Source: a virus
Lineage: Duplodnaviria; Caudoviricetes
Virus record (IMG/VR): IMGVR_UViG_3300014695_000002
Location: 1-64,000 of that record
Length of the DNA: 64,000 bases
Strand: one strand, 5' to 3'
In this document: in pieces, positions 37,274-47,219 of the stretch
Numbering within the stretch: the stretch's first letter is position 1
How the letters are laid out: each line of letters starts with the position of its first letter
The notes under the pieces: model-generated
Told to the model about the DNA's origin: nothing
Seen by the model: only the letters and a program-made list of their open reading frames with translations
The model's database searches: none
Position numbers and translations under genes: made by a program

Positions 37274-37597
37274 TCAGTCATTTTCTCGTTCTCCTTCTAG
37301 TCGAAAATCTGTCGTATTCAATTTGTGAAGCAATTCGGGCCACGATAAGTATGTTTCAGCAGGCACCTTCCAAAGCAAGCTCTCATTAAACACTGTAAGC
37401 TTAGCTTCTCCATAGGTCAAGGGTTGATTATTCATACAGTTTATAAGCTTGTATCCATAAGCTTTCACAGCTGATTTACCTTGTGGCAGTTCAACCACTT
37501 TAGAGATTCGGTATAGGCTGTCGTATCCCATTAGCGATAGACGTACTACTTCGTTGAGTGCGTACCAAGGTTGTCTTACACAGTTTTCTTTAGCCAC
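37274..37597 (-). CDS. hypothetical protein
   Basis: Operon ORF. Confidence 0.6.
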   Translation of the reverse strand: MAKENCVRQPWYALNEVVRLSLMGYDSLYRISKVVELPQGKSAVKAYGYKLINCMNNQPLTYGEAKLTVFNESLLWKVPAETYLSWPELLHKLNTTDFRLEGEREND

Positions 37598-37914
37598 GAG
37601 CCTGTCCCCCGACGTGAAGTAGTACCATGACAGCTTACACCACCACTCTCTAGACGGCTTTTAGTCTTCTTGTCTGACGTGGTGCGTACAGTGTATTTGT
37701 TATCACCATAGATTTCATTACACTTCTCTTGTGCCTTCTTACGGTCACGGGTCATGAAAAATACGTAGTTTCCAAGAGCATCAATGATGTATAAACCACT
37801 TGCAAATTTTTCAACGTAACCTTGTTCTTCGTCTGACCACCAAAGTAGCTCACCCAGGGTCTTAGTTACTACTTCTACTTCTTTACTCATAGCTACCTCA
37901 GAATGGGCTAACAA
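37576..37914 (-). CDS. conserved hypothetical protein
   Basis: YIIDALGNYVFFMTRDRKKAQ..YTVR. Confidence 0.7.
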   Translation of the reverse strand: MLAHSEVAMSKEVEVVTKTLGELLWWSDEEQGYVEKFASGLYIIDALGNYVFFMTRDRKKAQEKCNEIYGDNKYTVRTTSDKKTKSRLESGGVSCHGTTSRRGTGSWLKKTV

Positions 37915-38158
37915 AGGAATTACTGTTTACAAAAGCTGGCATTGCTGCGTTACCCGCTAATGTGTCAATACGATATCCGCTATAGTGACCATTGTCAAAT
38001 ACTTCGCAGTAAATAAATCCGTTGTGCAGGCAAGCTGATCGAGAGTGGATGATCTTATTTGATCCTGGCAGATTGAAGTACACAGCGCCCTTCACACGAG
38101 ATTGTTCAAAAAGACGATAAGCTTTGTTAGGACTGACTTGTTTCACTGGCGATCTCAT
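37898..38158 (-). CDS. hypothetical protein
   Basis: Operon ORF. Confidence 0.6.
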   Translation of the reverse strand: MRSPVKQVSPNKAYRLFEQSRVKGAVYFNLPGSNKIIHSRSACLHNGFIYCEVFDNGHYSGYRIDTLAGNAAMPAFVNSNSFVSPF

Positions 38159-38649
38159 TACAGTTCTCCTTTAAATTTAGACCGAATCCAGTTCAAGTCT
38201 ACAGGCATAAAATCTGTATGCTCAAGGCAGACATTAAGGTAATTTGAATCTTTAATGTAGTCATAGTGCATATGACCATGAATATTCTTTTTACCTCTTA
38301 GCTCTTGGGGATGTAGAGGTGCATGTGAGAGCCAAAATTCTTTGTATTTTTTAAGTGAGTAAACCTCGTCGAAGTGTTTTACAATGGATTGCATACTCAT
38401 GCTATCAGTGCAGTGGTTGCCGACGATCAAAACTTTTCTTTCAGCTACCCACGAACCTACATCTTTCAAACATTCCTCATTGAACGCAATATCACCTAGG
38501 AAGAATACTTTATCCCTTTTAGTTACCACCTTGTGATAGTTTTCTTTTACGACTTCCCTGTGATGCTCTTCAGATTCGAAATCTTTACGAAACTTGTAGA
38601 TGTTCTTATGACCAAGGTGAAGGTCGCTCGTAAACCAAACATTTGCCAC
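38158..38649 (-). CDS. calcineurin-like metallophosphoesterase
   Basis: FTSDLHLGH, LGD, GNH, LSHAP, IHGHMH. Confidence 0.88.
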   Translation of the reverse strand: MANVWFTSDLHLGHKNIYKFRKDFESEEHHREVVKENYHKVVTKRDKVFFLGDIAFNEECLKDVGSWVAERKVLIVGNHCTDSMSMQSIVKHFDEVYSLKKYKEFWLSHAPLHPQELRGKKNIHGHMHYDYIKDSNYLNVCLEHTDFMPVDLNWIRSKFKGEL

Positions 38650-38680
38650 ATCAAGCTCCTTTCTCTTTGTTGATGGGGAC

Positions 38681-38709
38681 AGTTTATCGCCATCCCCAGC
38701 TTACGTCAA
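38681..38709 (-). promoter_or_regulatory. sigma70-type promoter
   Basis: TTGACG-N17-TAAACT; TGGGGA/TCCCCA inverted repeat flanks the -10. Confidence 0.6.
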
Positions 38710-38716
38710 CTACTTT

Positions 38717-39481
38717 TTAAGATTTCTTTCGACTGCGTTTTGGCTTAGCTTCAGGCTCGGACAGGAGTTTGCTGATTTCCTCTTCGGTTAGAGGCGTTTC
38801 TTCGGCAAACTGACCTTCTCCTGCCTCAGTATCTGCCTTGAACTGCTCGTAAAGCTCTTTTGATGCTAGCATTTCTTCACAGTCATCGCAACCACATTCT
38901 TCAGCATCACGCAAGGCACGAGCTTCGAACATACGTTCCAATCGCTCACCGATTTGCTCATCCGTTAGCCAGATTTCTCTGTTACGAATTACTTGCTCTA
39001 GCTCCTCGGGAGTGAGGAAATCTTGATAAATCTCACGAACAAGTTTTTCTGTCTGACTTTGCGTAAAAGATACATGATCGTAAACGTTTTGAGCCGTATT
39101 GTAAGTTCCGTAGCTTGCATTGTGCACGAGCATAGAAGCATAAGGTTTAACTTGAACACCGTCTGAAGAAAGCGCGATCATTGAGGCAGCACTATGGCAT
39201 TCACCCTCGATTACAGCTAACACATCTGCTTGGGATTCAGCGATAGAGTTACGGAACATAATAGCTGTGTCTAGCCGACCCCCTCCATTACAAATTAGCA
39301 GCTTTACGGTGTCCCCTGGATTTGCATTTCGAATAACTTGTAGCGCATCTCGATAATACCCAGGCTCGCGGATGCCTTCGTCAAGAAGGACCTCATAAAC
39401 CTTGGAGGTCATGGTGAACTCACTAACGGGACACTGGTTTTTGATAGGTAGTGCAATTTCTTCAAAATCATTCATGCGCAT
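38717..39481 (-). CDS. ClpP-like protease with acidic/basic tail
   Basis: ICNGGG, CHSAASMIALS (catalytic Ser), MLVH (His), EIWLT. Confidence 0.85.
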   Translation of the reverse strand: MRMNDFEEIALPIKNQCPVSEFTMTSKVYEVLLDEGIREPGYYRDALQVIRNANPGDTVKLLICNGGGRLDTAIMFRNSIAESQADVLAVIEGECHSAASMIALSSDGVQVKPYASMLVHNASYGTYNTAQNVYDHVSFTQSQTEKLVREIYQDFLTPEELEQVIRNREIWLTDEQIGERLERMFEARALRDAEECGCDDCEEMLASKELYEQFKADTEAGEGQFAEETPLTEEEISKLLSEPEAKPKRSRKKS

Positions 39482-39491
39482 AAGTTACTCC

Positions 39492-40277
39492 TTAATCGGT
39501 GATGTCAACTTGGTAATTTAGCAGAGCTTCATAAGCCCGATTATCAATCTTACCTTTCCATTTTTCTGCAAGTTTAACAGCCAACATTTCCTTATGCTGC
39601 TTATATACATAGAATGCCTCCTCTACAGTTTCAAATCCTCCAAGGCATATAGGTCTTCCATTTTCTACGCTTTGGCTCCTAAAGTAAGAACTGCCATTAT
39701 ACCTATAAGCAATGTCTACTCCAACAGGAAGATTGTTTTGTCTTTTCCTTTTGATAAATGAGTTTATCTCTTGAGGCAGATATATGCAAGTATTTTCTGA
39801 ATACTCTTTATTGTTTTTGATAAGTAAATCTTTATCTAATTGCCAAGTCTCTTCAAAACCTATTTGCTTTGTCGCCCACTCTGCAAAGATTTGAAAATTC
39901 CACCAAGCTTTATTAATGGACTTATCTTTATAGCTATCCCTTACCTGCGTCTTAGAATAGCATCTTTTCATCATACTGTTCCAATCTGCATATTCAGGGG
40001 TATGCTTACCGTCAATTTTTGCTACATAGGGTCCTTGTCCATAAAATCCAATACCACAAACGGAGGGTTTACCAGGGTTTTTAAAAGAACCCATGAGAAG
40101 GTTGGCTGTTGTTACTACAACCTCAGCGCCGTAGTCGTCTGTGAATTTAAGCTTGTATCGCCTTTTATCCACAAACTCTATAACTTGAGCCTCGCAACCT
40201 TGCTTGTTTTTGAATAACCCTCCCAAGAATATTTTACGGTTCTTATGAAGACTTCCGTCTTTGTTTGCATATATCAT
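39492..40277 (-). CDS. putative homing endonuclease (intact relative of the two frameshifted genes)
   Basis: WNSMMKRCYS..W.NFQIFAEW..WQLDKDLLIKNNKEYSENTCIYLP; inserted between phoH and clpP. Confidence 0.75.
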   Translation of the reverse strand: MIYANKDGSLHKNRKIFLGGLFKNKQGCEAQVIEFVDKRRYKLKFTDDYGAEVVVTTANLLMGSFKNPGKPSVCGIGFYGQGPYVAKIDGKHTPEYADWNSMMKRCYSKTQVRDSYKDKSINKAWWNFQIFAEWATKQIGFEETWQLDKDLLIKNNKEYSENTCIYLPQEINSFIKRKRQNNLPVGVDIAYRYNGSSYFRSQSVENGRPICLGGFETVEEAFYVYKQHKEMLAVKLAEKWKGKIDNRAYEALLNYQVDITD

Positions 40278-41023
40278 TTGGGCGCTGGTCCTTCCTCTTC
40301 AAAGATTTCAACGAAAATTCGAGTCAAACCTGAGCGAACAATATCTTGCGGTGTAAATTCTACAACACCACACCCAGGAATATTATTCTTCTTCACAAGA
40401 TTGCAAAGATATTCAATACCAGACAGCCCGTGCAAGTCTTTTTGCTTATCATCGCCACAAAATGCAGCCTGACAACCTTCAGCTAGTCGAGTAACTAGGC
40501 TACGGATTTCGTCTGGTGAGCAGTTTTGTGCTTCATCAATAATAACATAAGTTGCACTATCAAAGTTCATTCCACGCACAGCTTCCATCGGTTGAATTAA
40601 AATATTTCGACCAAAATCAGCTTCATAGCGTGCTGACCCAATTCGCTCTTTGATCGTATTTAGGATCGGAAGGAGGTATGGCTCCAACTTTTCTCGAATA
40701 GTACCCGGCCAAAATCCTGACGATTTACCCATGCCAACCAAAGGTCGCATGACAACAATTTGACTAATTTCTCCTTTTAGGTATTTGTTTGCAGCAACGC
40801 TAGCGGCGCACCAAGACTTACCACTACCAGCGCTCCCCCGACCTACAGTAATTGCGTTAAACTGTAGACTATGCAAGTATAGCTTTTGATTTTCTCCCTT
40901 TGCGGTGATTGGTTTAGCTTGTTCAAGACGGTCTTCTTGAAACTTTGCACGAACAACCTTCTCTCCCCGGTTTAGTCGTTTCTCTTCCCGTGCTGCCATT
41001 ACATCTGCTTGATTACGCTTCAT
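40274..41023 (-). CDS. phoH: PhoH family ATPase
   Basis: GSAGSGKS, MRP, GFWPGTIREKLEPY, RGMNF, IIDEAQN, GDDKQKD, VRSG. Confidence 0.93.
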   Translation of the reverse strand: MKRNQADVMAAREEKRLNRGEKVVRAKFQEDRLEQAKPITAKGENQKLYLHSLQFNAITVGRGSAGSGKSWCAASVAANKYLKGEISQIVVMRPLVGMGKSSGFWPGTIREKLEPYLLPILNTIKERIGSARYEADFGRNILIQPMEAVRGMNFDSATYVIIDEAQNCSPDEIRSLVTRLAEGCQAAFCGDDKQKDLHGLSGIEYLCNLVKKNNIPGCGVVEFTPQDIVRSGLTRIFVEIFEEEGPAPK

Positions 41024-41346
41024 AAAGTCTCCTTAGAAAATCAAAACACCGGCCCAAATTGCAATGCCAAGAGAGATCAGAAAATTTGCCAAGTCTGTTC
41101 CTTTGGTATTATTAACAACACGTGGGTAATTGGAACTGCTAATGTGAGTCATCATAATACCCATGTTTAATAGGTTTGAGATAAAAATGACCATAACAAA
41201 TGTAATCATCAACCGCCCTCCTTAAAAGGATCAATTCGCATACCACCTTTAGATGTGACGTGCAGTGTTTTAAGCTTCTTGTACTGTTTCAATATCTTAT
41301 TTTCTTCTTTAGTCAGGAAGAAAAGCATTCTAAATAAAGACAGCAT

Positions 41347-41526
41347 CTACTCCTCCTCCGGCACTGCAATAATAATCATCGGTTCAACATCTCTCGCAAC
41401 AACACACTGCTCACCAAACTCATCCAACTTTACCTGAAGCTGTTTTATCAAAGCTTTGTTTTGAACTTGCATAAACACAAGTCCAAGCACCACAATCAGA
41501 ACAAAGATGTTGGTGGCTTTAGTCAT
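41347..41526 (-). CDS. small membrane-anchored protein
   Basis: GGAGG RBS before MTKATN; TM helix. Confidence 0.55.
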   Translation of the reverse strand: MTKATNIFVLIVVLGLVFMQVQNKALIKQLQVKLDEFGEQCVVARDVEPMIIIAVPEEE

Positions 41527-41673
41527 TAGATTTATCCCTCCAGTTCTTAGATAGCTCAATCCGAGCTTGCAACTCTTCATCCGACTCATTGTCTTTACGC
41601 TTGATACCATGCAAGAAGGCTAGTGCGTCAATACCTTTACCAAGACCCTCAGCAAACTTCTGATACTGATCCA

Positions 41674-41865
41674 TCACAGACAGCCTCCAATAATGTAGCT
41701 AATAGTTTCTTTAGCAGTCATTCCAGACTTGTATGCTTGCCAGATATCATTAGCCTTACTCTTGATAAGAGCTTTCTGACTACCTTTAGCATCACCAACT
41801 ACTTGTGCGTAAAAATCTGACCACGAAATTTGTTGTTGTTGTGCGTTCATTTTATTTCTCCTCAA
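41674..41865 (-). CDS. hypothetical protein
   Basis: Operon ORF. Confidence 0.6.
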   Translation of the reverse strand: MRRNKMNAQQQQISWSDFYAQVVGDAKGSQKALIKSKANDIWQAYKSGMTAKETISYIIGGCL

Positions 41866-42053
41866 CGATTAGTCTTATTTTGTCTGCTGTCGATAGTGTA
41901 AATAATATCTTCTGCGGATTCAATCACCCAATGATTTTTACCTTCTGCGATGATTAATGTGTTCCCACCATCCTCTTCCATTGAGGTAATCCTATCTGGA
42001 CAGATGTATACATTCTTTTGATCACGTGCCCGGGTTAGCCTTAGTAAATTCAT
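41862..42053 (-). CDS. hypothetical protein (FlbD-like pattern)
   Basis: LLRLTR..VYICPDRITSMEE..TLII..HWVIESAEDI. Confidence 0.6.
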   Translation of the reverse strand: MNLLRLTRARDQKNVYICPDRITSMEEDGGNTLIIAEGKNHWVIESAEDIIYTIDSRQNKTNR

Positions 42054-42394
42054 ATCATGGCTCCTATTTGTGCGGCAGCCTCTACAATAGCTTGCCGAGT
42101 CATTAAGTCTACATTAGCATTGTTCGTATAATGTCGAACAGAGAGAACTTTTGAGTTTGGACCAGAGTTATCTGAAATTATTACAGAAAGCTTTTCACCA
42201 TTCAATCCCGACTTGCTGTGTGCTACACAAAAACTATGATAATTTGCTAATCGAAAGGCAACACCATCATCTTCTAGTGGTCTCCAAACTTCAAGCACAC
42301 CGTCAAAAAAGCTTGGACTATCTTTAAATGCGTCAGGAATTTTGTTTGCTGACAACGCAGCTAGCTCTAAAAGATTACGATAGTCCATCTTCAA
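42050..42394 (-). CDS. hypothetical protein
   Basis: WRPLEDDGVAFRLA..TRQAIVEAAAQIG. Confidence 0.7.
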   Translation of the reverse strand: MKMDYRNLLELAALSANKIPDAFKDSPSFFDGVLEVWRPLEDDGVAFRLANYHSFCVAHSKSGLNGEKLSVIISDNSGPNSKVLSVRHYTNNANVDLMTRQAIVEAAAQIGAMI

Positions 42395-42662
42395 TCTCCT
42401 CCTGTACTCTATAACCTGCTACTACAAAAATAGGCTCAAGTTTGATTACTTTGTAAGCCCCGTCGAGATGTCGGGAAGACTCTGAGCCGCCATCAGCACC
42501 TCTAAACTTACTCATAAATTCGGCAATTCTACCTCGGCTTTCAAATACAAGAACTCGGCTGTCATTCAAAACAGAAGTAGTCAATGCTTGGTTTTCATAA
42601 CCTTTTATGATCAAACGCTCTTTACCCTTCTTTGTCTTGTAGATACAACCGAACTTATTCAT
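42375..42662 (-). CDS. hypothetical protein, paralog of 46719..47126
   Basis: FG.IYK.K.G, LDG.YKVI.LEP shared. Confidence 0.7.
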   Translation of the reverse strand: MNKFGCIYKTKKGKERLIIKGYENQALTTSVLNDSRVLVFESRGRIAEFMSKFRGADGGSESSRHLDGAYKVIKLEPIFVVAGYRVQEEIEDGLS

Positions 42663-42826
42663 GTATTACTCCTTGTCTTTACACAAAAATTCATCTACCA
42701 ACTCTTCCCATTCAAAACTATTTAGGAAGGGCTCTGACTCCTTGATTCCGTCATAATGGAATAGTGTAGCATCTTTCTGAGTTTCTGCCCATTCCAAAAA
42801 AGACATAATTATAAATTTATCAGAAA

Positions 42827-43807
42827 TCACTTCTCTTCCTCCTGCTTTTTAAGCTTACCATTAAACTTCTCGTAGATTTTAACTATGTTGTCAAAATTGT
42901 TCAAGGTTGTTGTTTCAGTAAAACCTTCTTTCATAAAATCCTTACCTACAATACCTGTATTTAAAGCCAAAAAGCAAGCTTTTTCTGCTGATTTGCAATC
43001 AGACTCATTTAGAAAAATCCATGTACCTAGCAAGTCAAAGTCTAGCTTATTCACATTCTTGAGTGCCTGCACCCTTAAATTTGTATTATTAGCAATTCCA
43101 AACTTCAAGGCAACCTCAATTTCTGAATCTCTTACAAGCAAAATATAAGCCTCTTTCTGCCTATAGTAGCTACAACAGGGTTTTCTACCATCCTTAAGGT
43201 GATGACTTTTGCTTTCAGACAAGCTACCACACTCAGGGCATTTTAGTAATAAATGACCTTGCTTTTCACTTTTGCAGAAAATAGTTCCTTCAGGAAATCT
43301 GCCGGTTTTAAATATTTTCTCTAAAGTTACTTCCATCTCTTCCGTTAGAGATTCTTTTATTCTAAAAATTCTCCTATTACTGCATGCTTGTCCTATCATA
43401 AAATTAGCCATGATAGTATTTTCACTATACCCATAAGGTCCATCTAATTTAATCTTTGAGTGAACTCCGGTATACGGCTCAACAAAACCTAAGAAAATAT
43501 AACCTCTAGTTGAACACTCCCTGTCAATTCTCACTCTATTTTGTTCTTTAGTCCACTTAACAAGTTTACCACATCCACAAGGTAAGCTTCCGGACTTGAG
43601 TATGTAATACGGTATAGCAAAAATACCTTCTCCAAAAAGTTCCGAATCTTTACTACAGATAGAGCATCTACAAAAGTATTTTTTGGCAGTTCTTATTTTA
43701 CCACTCCAGCCTAAAATTTTAAACTGATCACTTTCTCCAAAAGTTTTTCCGGTGTTCTCATCTGTAATAAGTTCACTCTCCAATACACCAAAATCATCCC
43801 ATTTCAT
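42827..43807 (-). CDS. putative homing endonuclease with Cys motifs (DUF723/GIY-YIG-like C-terminus)
   Basis: CSIC, LPCGC, CPEC; AYILLV..LKFGIAN..CKSAEKAC..GFTET; AT-rich. Confidence 0.6.
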   Translation of the reverse strand: MKWDDFGVLESELITDENTGKTFGESDQFKILGWSGKIRTAKKYFCRCSICSKDSELFGEGIFAIPYYILKSGSLPCGCGKLVKWTKEQNRVRIDRECSTRGYIFLGFVEPYTGVHSKIKLDGPYGYSENTIMANFMIGQACSNRRIFRIKESLTEEMEVTLEKIFKTGRFPEGTIFCKSEKQGHLLLKCPECGSLSESKSHHLKDGRKPCCSYYRQKEAYILLVRDSEIEVALKFGIANNTNLRVQALKNVNKLDFDLLGTWIFLNESDCKSAEKACFLALNTGIVGKDFMKEGFTETTTLNNFDNIVKIYEKFNGKLKKQEEEK

Positions 43808-44495
43808 CTTTACTCTGCGCTTCCAGAATCATTTTAGTTAATTTCTTGCGATCACGCTGTTTGACGCCAAACTTCCGTCCAACTTCTTGAAGGTCAGTCC
43901 AATAAAGCTCATCAAGCTCTTCCTTCGTATAAACAATTTTACCACAATCTTCTGACTCTGCAAGCTTTTTCTTCTCATCAGCTTCAAAATTAATCTCATC
44001 ATCAATGTCCCACTTCTCTTGAATGGTTAGCTGCTTTTCATAGCCCATGTCAAGTTCTTGTGCTTGCTCCACTAACTCTTCCATAGCTCGATTTGATTCT
44101 GCCTTTTCCCTAAGCGCATTCATTCGATCAAGTAGTTCTGAAGGCAGAGGTTCTACGTTTTCTTGTTCGATATCTTTTTCAAGTAGTCTTAGGAAAAAGT
44201 AAACATCACCTTCAGCTTCATCGTAGCGTTGATTCAACTTATCAAGACGAGCTTGCTTACCCCTTTCGGAGATTCGCTTAGACTGTTCTTGTGTCATTTC
44301 AATTACAGGCTGTTCAATCTCATCAAAGTCCAAGCTTTCTCTTACAAGCTTATACTCAACCACAAATGCACTGCCTTGCCGCCTTGGTTGAAAAGGAGTT
44401 TCCATCACAGGCTCATAGCCATTCTTGAACATCTCAAAGGCTTTTGCAAGCACCTCGTGAAAATAACTTGTAGAGTGTTTTACGTTGTCAGTCAC
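43794..44495 (-). CDS. hypothetical acidic protein, possible C-terminal HeH/Rho-N-like module
   Basis: EELDELYWTDLQEVGRKFGVK..KKLTKMILEAQ. Confidence 0.65.
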   Translation of the reverse strand: MTDNVKHSTSYFHEVLAKAFEMFKNGYEPVMETPFQPRRQGSAFVVEYKLVRESLDFDEIEQPVIEMTQEQSKRISERGKQARLDKLNQRYDEAEGDVYFFLRLLEKDIEQENVEPLPSELLDRMNALREKAESNRAMEELVEQAQELDMGYEKQLTIQEKWDIDDEINFEADEKKKLAESEDCGKIVYTKEELDELYWTDLQEVGRKFGVKQRDRKKLTKMILEAQSKDEMG

Positions 44496-44707
44496 TTAAG
44501 CTTCTCCTGAGCACACCAAACAAGAATATCTATGGCTGCTTTCTGTGAATCTGTAAGCTCATATTCGCCAAAATACTTATTCTCTGTTTCTGTAATGGCC
44601 CAAAGAACTTCATAATTTGAAAATTCCATAGGTTGCCCATTAGAAGAGACTCGTTTTAACCAGAAATCTTCATAGTCTTTGTATTTTAGAAAGCTATACT
44701 CGCTCAT
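44492..44707 (-). CDS. hypothetical protein
   Basis: Operon ORF. Confidence 0.6.
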   Translation of the reverse strand: MSEYSFLKYKDYEDFWLKRVSSNGQPMEFSNYEVLWAITETENKYFGEYELTDSQKAAIDILVWCAQEKLK

Positions 44708-45016
44708 TCTTCCTCCAAATATTTTAAATATTCGTCAATAAGCTCTTCAGTTGCAGTGCTGTAAAGGATTGTTGGTTCATCATAACCATAGCAATAACAC
44801 AAATTAGTATCACAGCTATTTTCAGCCCATTCCAGAAACGCCAAAATGTCTTCTTTCATTTACTCAAAGCCTCCTGTGAATTAATAAATTCATCAATCAA
44901 GTCATTAATCTCTTCGTATGAAGTGTAGAAGTTAGTTGCATAACCTTCAAGATAACAAAGGCTAACTCTGTGCTGACCCTCTAACCAATACAAAAATGCC
45001 AAAATTTCTTCTTTCA

Positions 45017-45349
45017 TCACATCTCCTTCAATTTAGTCAATAATTCATCAATCTTAACCGTCTTAACTTCAATATGTCCAAGCAGCACAACCAGTGCATC
45101 CCTAAACACCCTATCCTTTTCACTCAAGCTTGATTTATTCTCCCCTACTTCCTCCATCTTGTCAACCTCTACTGGGTCATTTTCTTCCTTTGACCTGCTA
45201 TTGGTTACAGTTTCTTCTGCCATCTTAAGCTCAGTGTAGAATTTCTCATCATCTTGTGGGCAGTCAAAGCGAAATCCTCCTAAAAATGTTCGTGTGGTAG
45301 CAGGGATTGATTTGATTGCAGCCATTGTTTTGCTATCGATTTCGTTCAT
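45017..45349 (-). CDS. hypothetical protein
   Basis: Co-oriented ORF. Confidence 0.6.
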   Translation of the reverse strand: MNEIDSKTMAAIKSIPATTRTFLGGFRFDCPQDDEKFYTELKMAEETVTNSRSKEENDPVEVDKMEEVGENKSSLSEKDRVFRDALVVLLGHIEVKTVKIDELLTKLKEM

Positions 45350-45497
45350 TTCTCCATTCCAGTTATAAGATAACCAATTCTAACAGCTTTAGCGTAGGTT
45401 GTATATAGATAACCTTCACGCTTGCTATATGCAAGCACGATATGGCCGTCGTCAAGAATTTGACCTGAGTAATTCACGAAGTCTTTTAGGTGATACA

Positions 45498-45677
45498 TTA
45501 TTTACATTCCTTTTCGTACTGACTATACAGATTCTCATATTCTTTGTATTGTGCGCACCAAGTCAGGTGTGGGTGCTCTGGATTACGTCCATTCATGCTG
45601 GCAGCAAACCCACCACAGTTGCAGTATTCTTTGTAACTATTTACACCTTTGGATTTTAACCACTCTAGATAGGTCAT
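45498..45677 (-). CDS. small Cys/His protein (59 aa)
   Basis: Hand-translated MTYLEWLKSKG..YCNCGGFA..HPHLTWCAQY. Confidence 0.55.
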   Translation of the reverse strand: MTYLEWLKSKGVNSYKEYCNCGGFAASMNGRNPEHPHLTWCAQYKEYENLYSQYEKECK

Positions 45678-46108
45678 TATCGTTTACCTCGCTCTTCAAG
45701 TCTTTTCTTGATGTTAATACCAGCTTGTTTAGCAAGCTTACTGAGATTCAAAGGTCCTTCTGGATTCTCACTTACACAAAATCCACTCCGACATTCAATA
45801 CCATAATCAATAAAGGCGTAGTATTCGAGAACATATTGCACTGTAGCTCCCCAACCGAAGATGTGAACTACTTTACCTTCTGTAAGCTTATCACCGCCAT
45901 TAGCAAACCAGAGGGTGTCGCCAATTTTGTATTGCAAGTTATTGACATCTTTCAAGCCTAATGCCTGCTTCCAAGCTTTCTGCCAAGTAGTCCAAGCAAT
46001 CTGCACCTCAGCAGTCATATAGCCGTGACCGTCCGCATAGTTAATTTGGACAGGCTTTCTCTGGGATGCCATATAGTCTTCAAATTCTTGACGCATTAAA
46101 TTTGTCAT
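45677..46108 (-). CDS. hypothetical two-domain protein
   Basis: RQEFE..AWTTWQ N-terminus; YKIGDTLWF SH3-like C-terminus. Confidence 0.65.
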   Translation of the reverse strand: MTNLMRQEFEDYMASQRKPVQINYADGHGYMTAEVQIAWTTWQKAWKQALGLKDVNNLQYKIGDTLWFANGGDKLTEGKVVHIFGWGATVQYVLEYYAFIDYGIECRSGFCVSENPEGPLNLSKLAKQAGINIKKRLEERGKR

Positions 46109-46317
46109 TTTCCCTCCGGAAAATCAATCGGTTTATCAGACCACTTCACATCCTCTGGTGCATATTTAACAAGCATCCAAGAGTGTGTCCACTCGTTCCA
46201 ATAACTCAAGTCATCTTTATCCCACAGATAGTCGACTGGAACAATATCATGGTCTGTAATATTGTCTTTGTAGAAGTAGTAGCCGGGTGCGGTTGGTTTA
46301 TCTTTTGTCCAGATCAT
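46105..46317 (-). CDS. WTxxxP..GxY family small protein (copy 3)
   Basis: MIWTKDKPTAPGYYFY. Confidence 0.7.
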   Translation of the reverse strand: MIWTKDKPTAPGYYFYKDNITDHDIVPVDYLWDKDDLSYWNEWTHSWMLVKYAPEDVKWSDKPIDFPEGK

Positions 46318-46526
46318 AATTCTGGTTCCTTCAAAGGTCCAGCAAATAAACAGTTTTTATGATCTTTCTGAAACCAAGCTTCAAAGTCAGGTCCGCTACG
46401 GTATATCTGACCGTGTCCGTTTTCATAAAATTCAGCAATAAATGTGTAGTAAGAGTTATGGCCCCGACTAAGTACCCAGTAGTATCCTTCCTTAGTAGGA
46501 TAATTTTCAGTCCATTTCATTGACAT
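46314..46526 (-). CDS. WTxxxP..GxY family small protein (copy 2)
   Basis: MKWTENYPTKEGYYWV. Confidence 0.7.
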   Translation of the reverse strand: MSMKWTENYPTKEGYYWVLSRGHNSYYTFIAEFYENGHGQIYRSGPDFEAWFQKDHKNCLFAGPLKEPEL

Positions 46527-46762
46527 GATTTCACCTTCACCTCTTCTGGGATTTGCACAGGGATATTACTAAACTCAGCTTCGTATGGCAAGTCTGACCA
46601 GAAAATAAATTCTCTTTTTACTGGATGCCATACAGCACGACCTTGAAAGAAGATTCTTACCTCTGGCTCAGTTTCAGCATCGCGATACCAATATGCTCCA
46701 GGTTCTTTAGGAAATTGGCTAGTCCATTTCATTTCTTTTCTCCCAAGCATCACAATATTCAC
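46517..46762 (-). CDS. WTxxxP..GxY family small protein (copy 1; likely start 46732)
   Basis: MKWTSQFPKEPGAYWY. Confidence 0.7.
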   Translation of the reverse strand: MNIVMLGRKEMKWTSQFPKEPGAYWYRDAETEPEVRIFFQGRAVWHPVKREFIFWSDLPYEAEFSNIPVQIPEEVKVKSCQ

Positions 46763-47126
46763 AACGTTCTTCCCAACGCCCTTCGATACCGACCTGCTCT
46801 ACGAATCCATCACCAAAGCAGTGCCAGCAATCAGTCCATTTAGGTTTATCTTCAATCTTTTCAGGGAATCTCCAGTTAACAATTGAATAAACAGGCTCAA
46901 GCTCAATCACTTTGTATTCACCATCTAGCTCACGTTCTGCTGCCATATATCCTTGTGCAGTCCAATGACTCATGAATTTGTGAGCTTTGTCTTTACTGTA
47001 GAAAGCTAGCACAGATGAATCTGAGCTGTAAAGGTCTGGAATAGCTTCGTTGTAGCGATCTGTTGCGACAACGAGCTCTTGTCCACCTTTTGATTTGTAG
47101 ATTACTCCAAAGCGTCTGGTGCTCAT
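46719..47126 (-). CDS. hypothetical protein with C-terminal zinc finger; paralog of 42375..42662
   Basis: Shared motifs plus CWHCFGDG..CEYC. Confidence 0.7.
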   Translation of the reverse strand: MSTRRFGVIYKSKGGQELVVATDRYNEAIPDLYSSDSSVLAFYSKDKAHKFMSHWTAQGYMAAERELDGEYKVIELEPVYSIVNWRFPEKIEDKPKWTDCWHCFGDGFVEQVGIEGRWEERCEYCDAWEKRNEMD

Positions 47127-47219
47127 ATATTTATCCTCATTTTAAGGCCCCTACGAGCGCGTATAAGCAACGATCTACTATTAGGGGCTACGATGGTATT
47201 GGGTAGCCTTTACAGGCCC

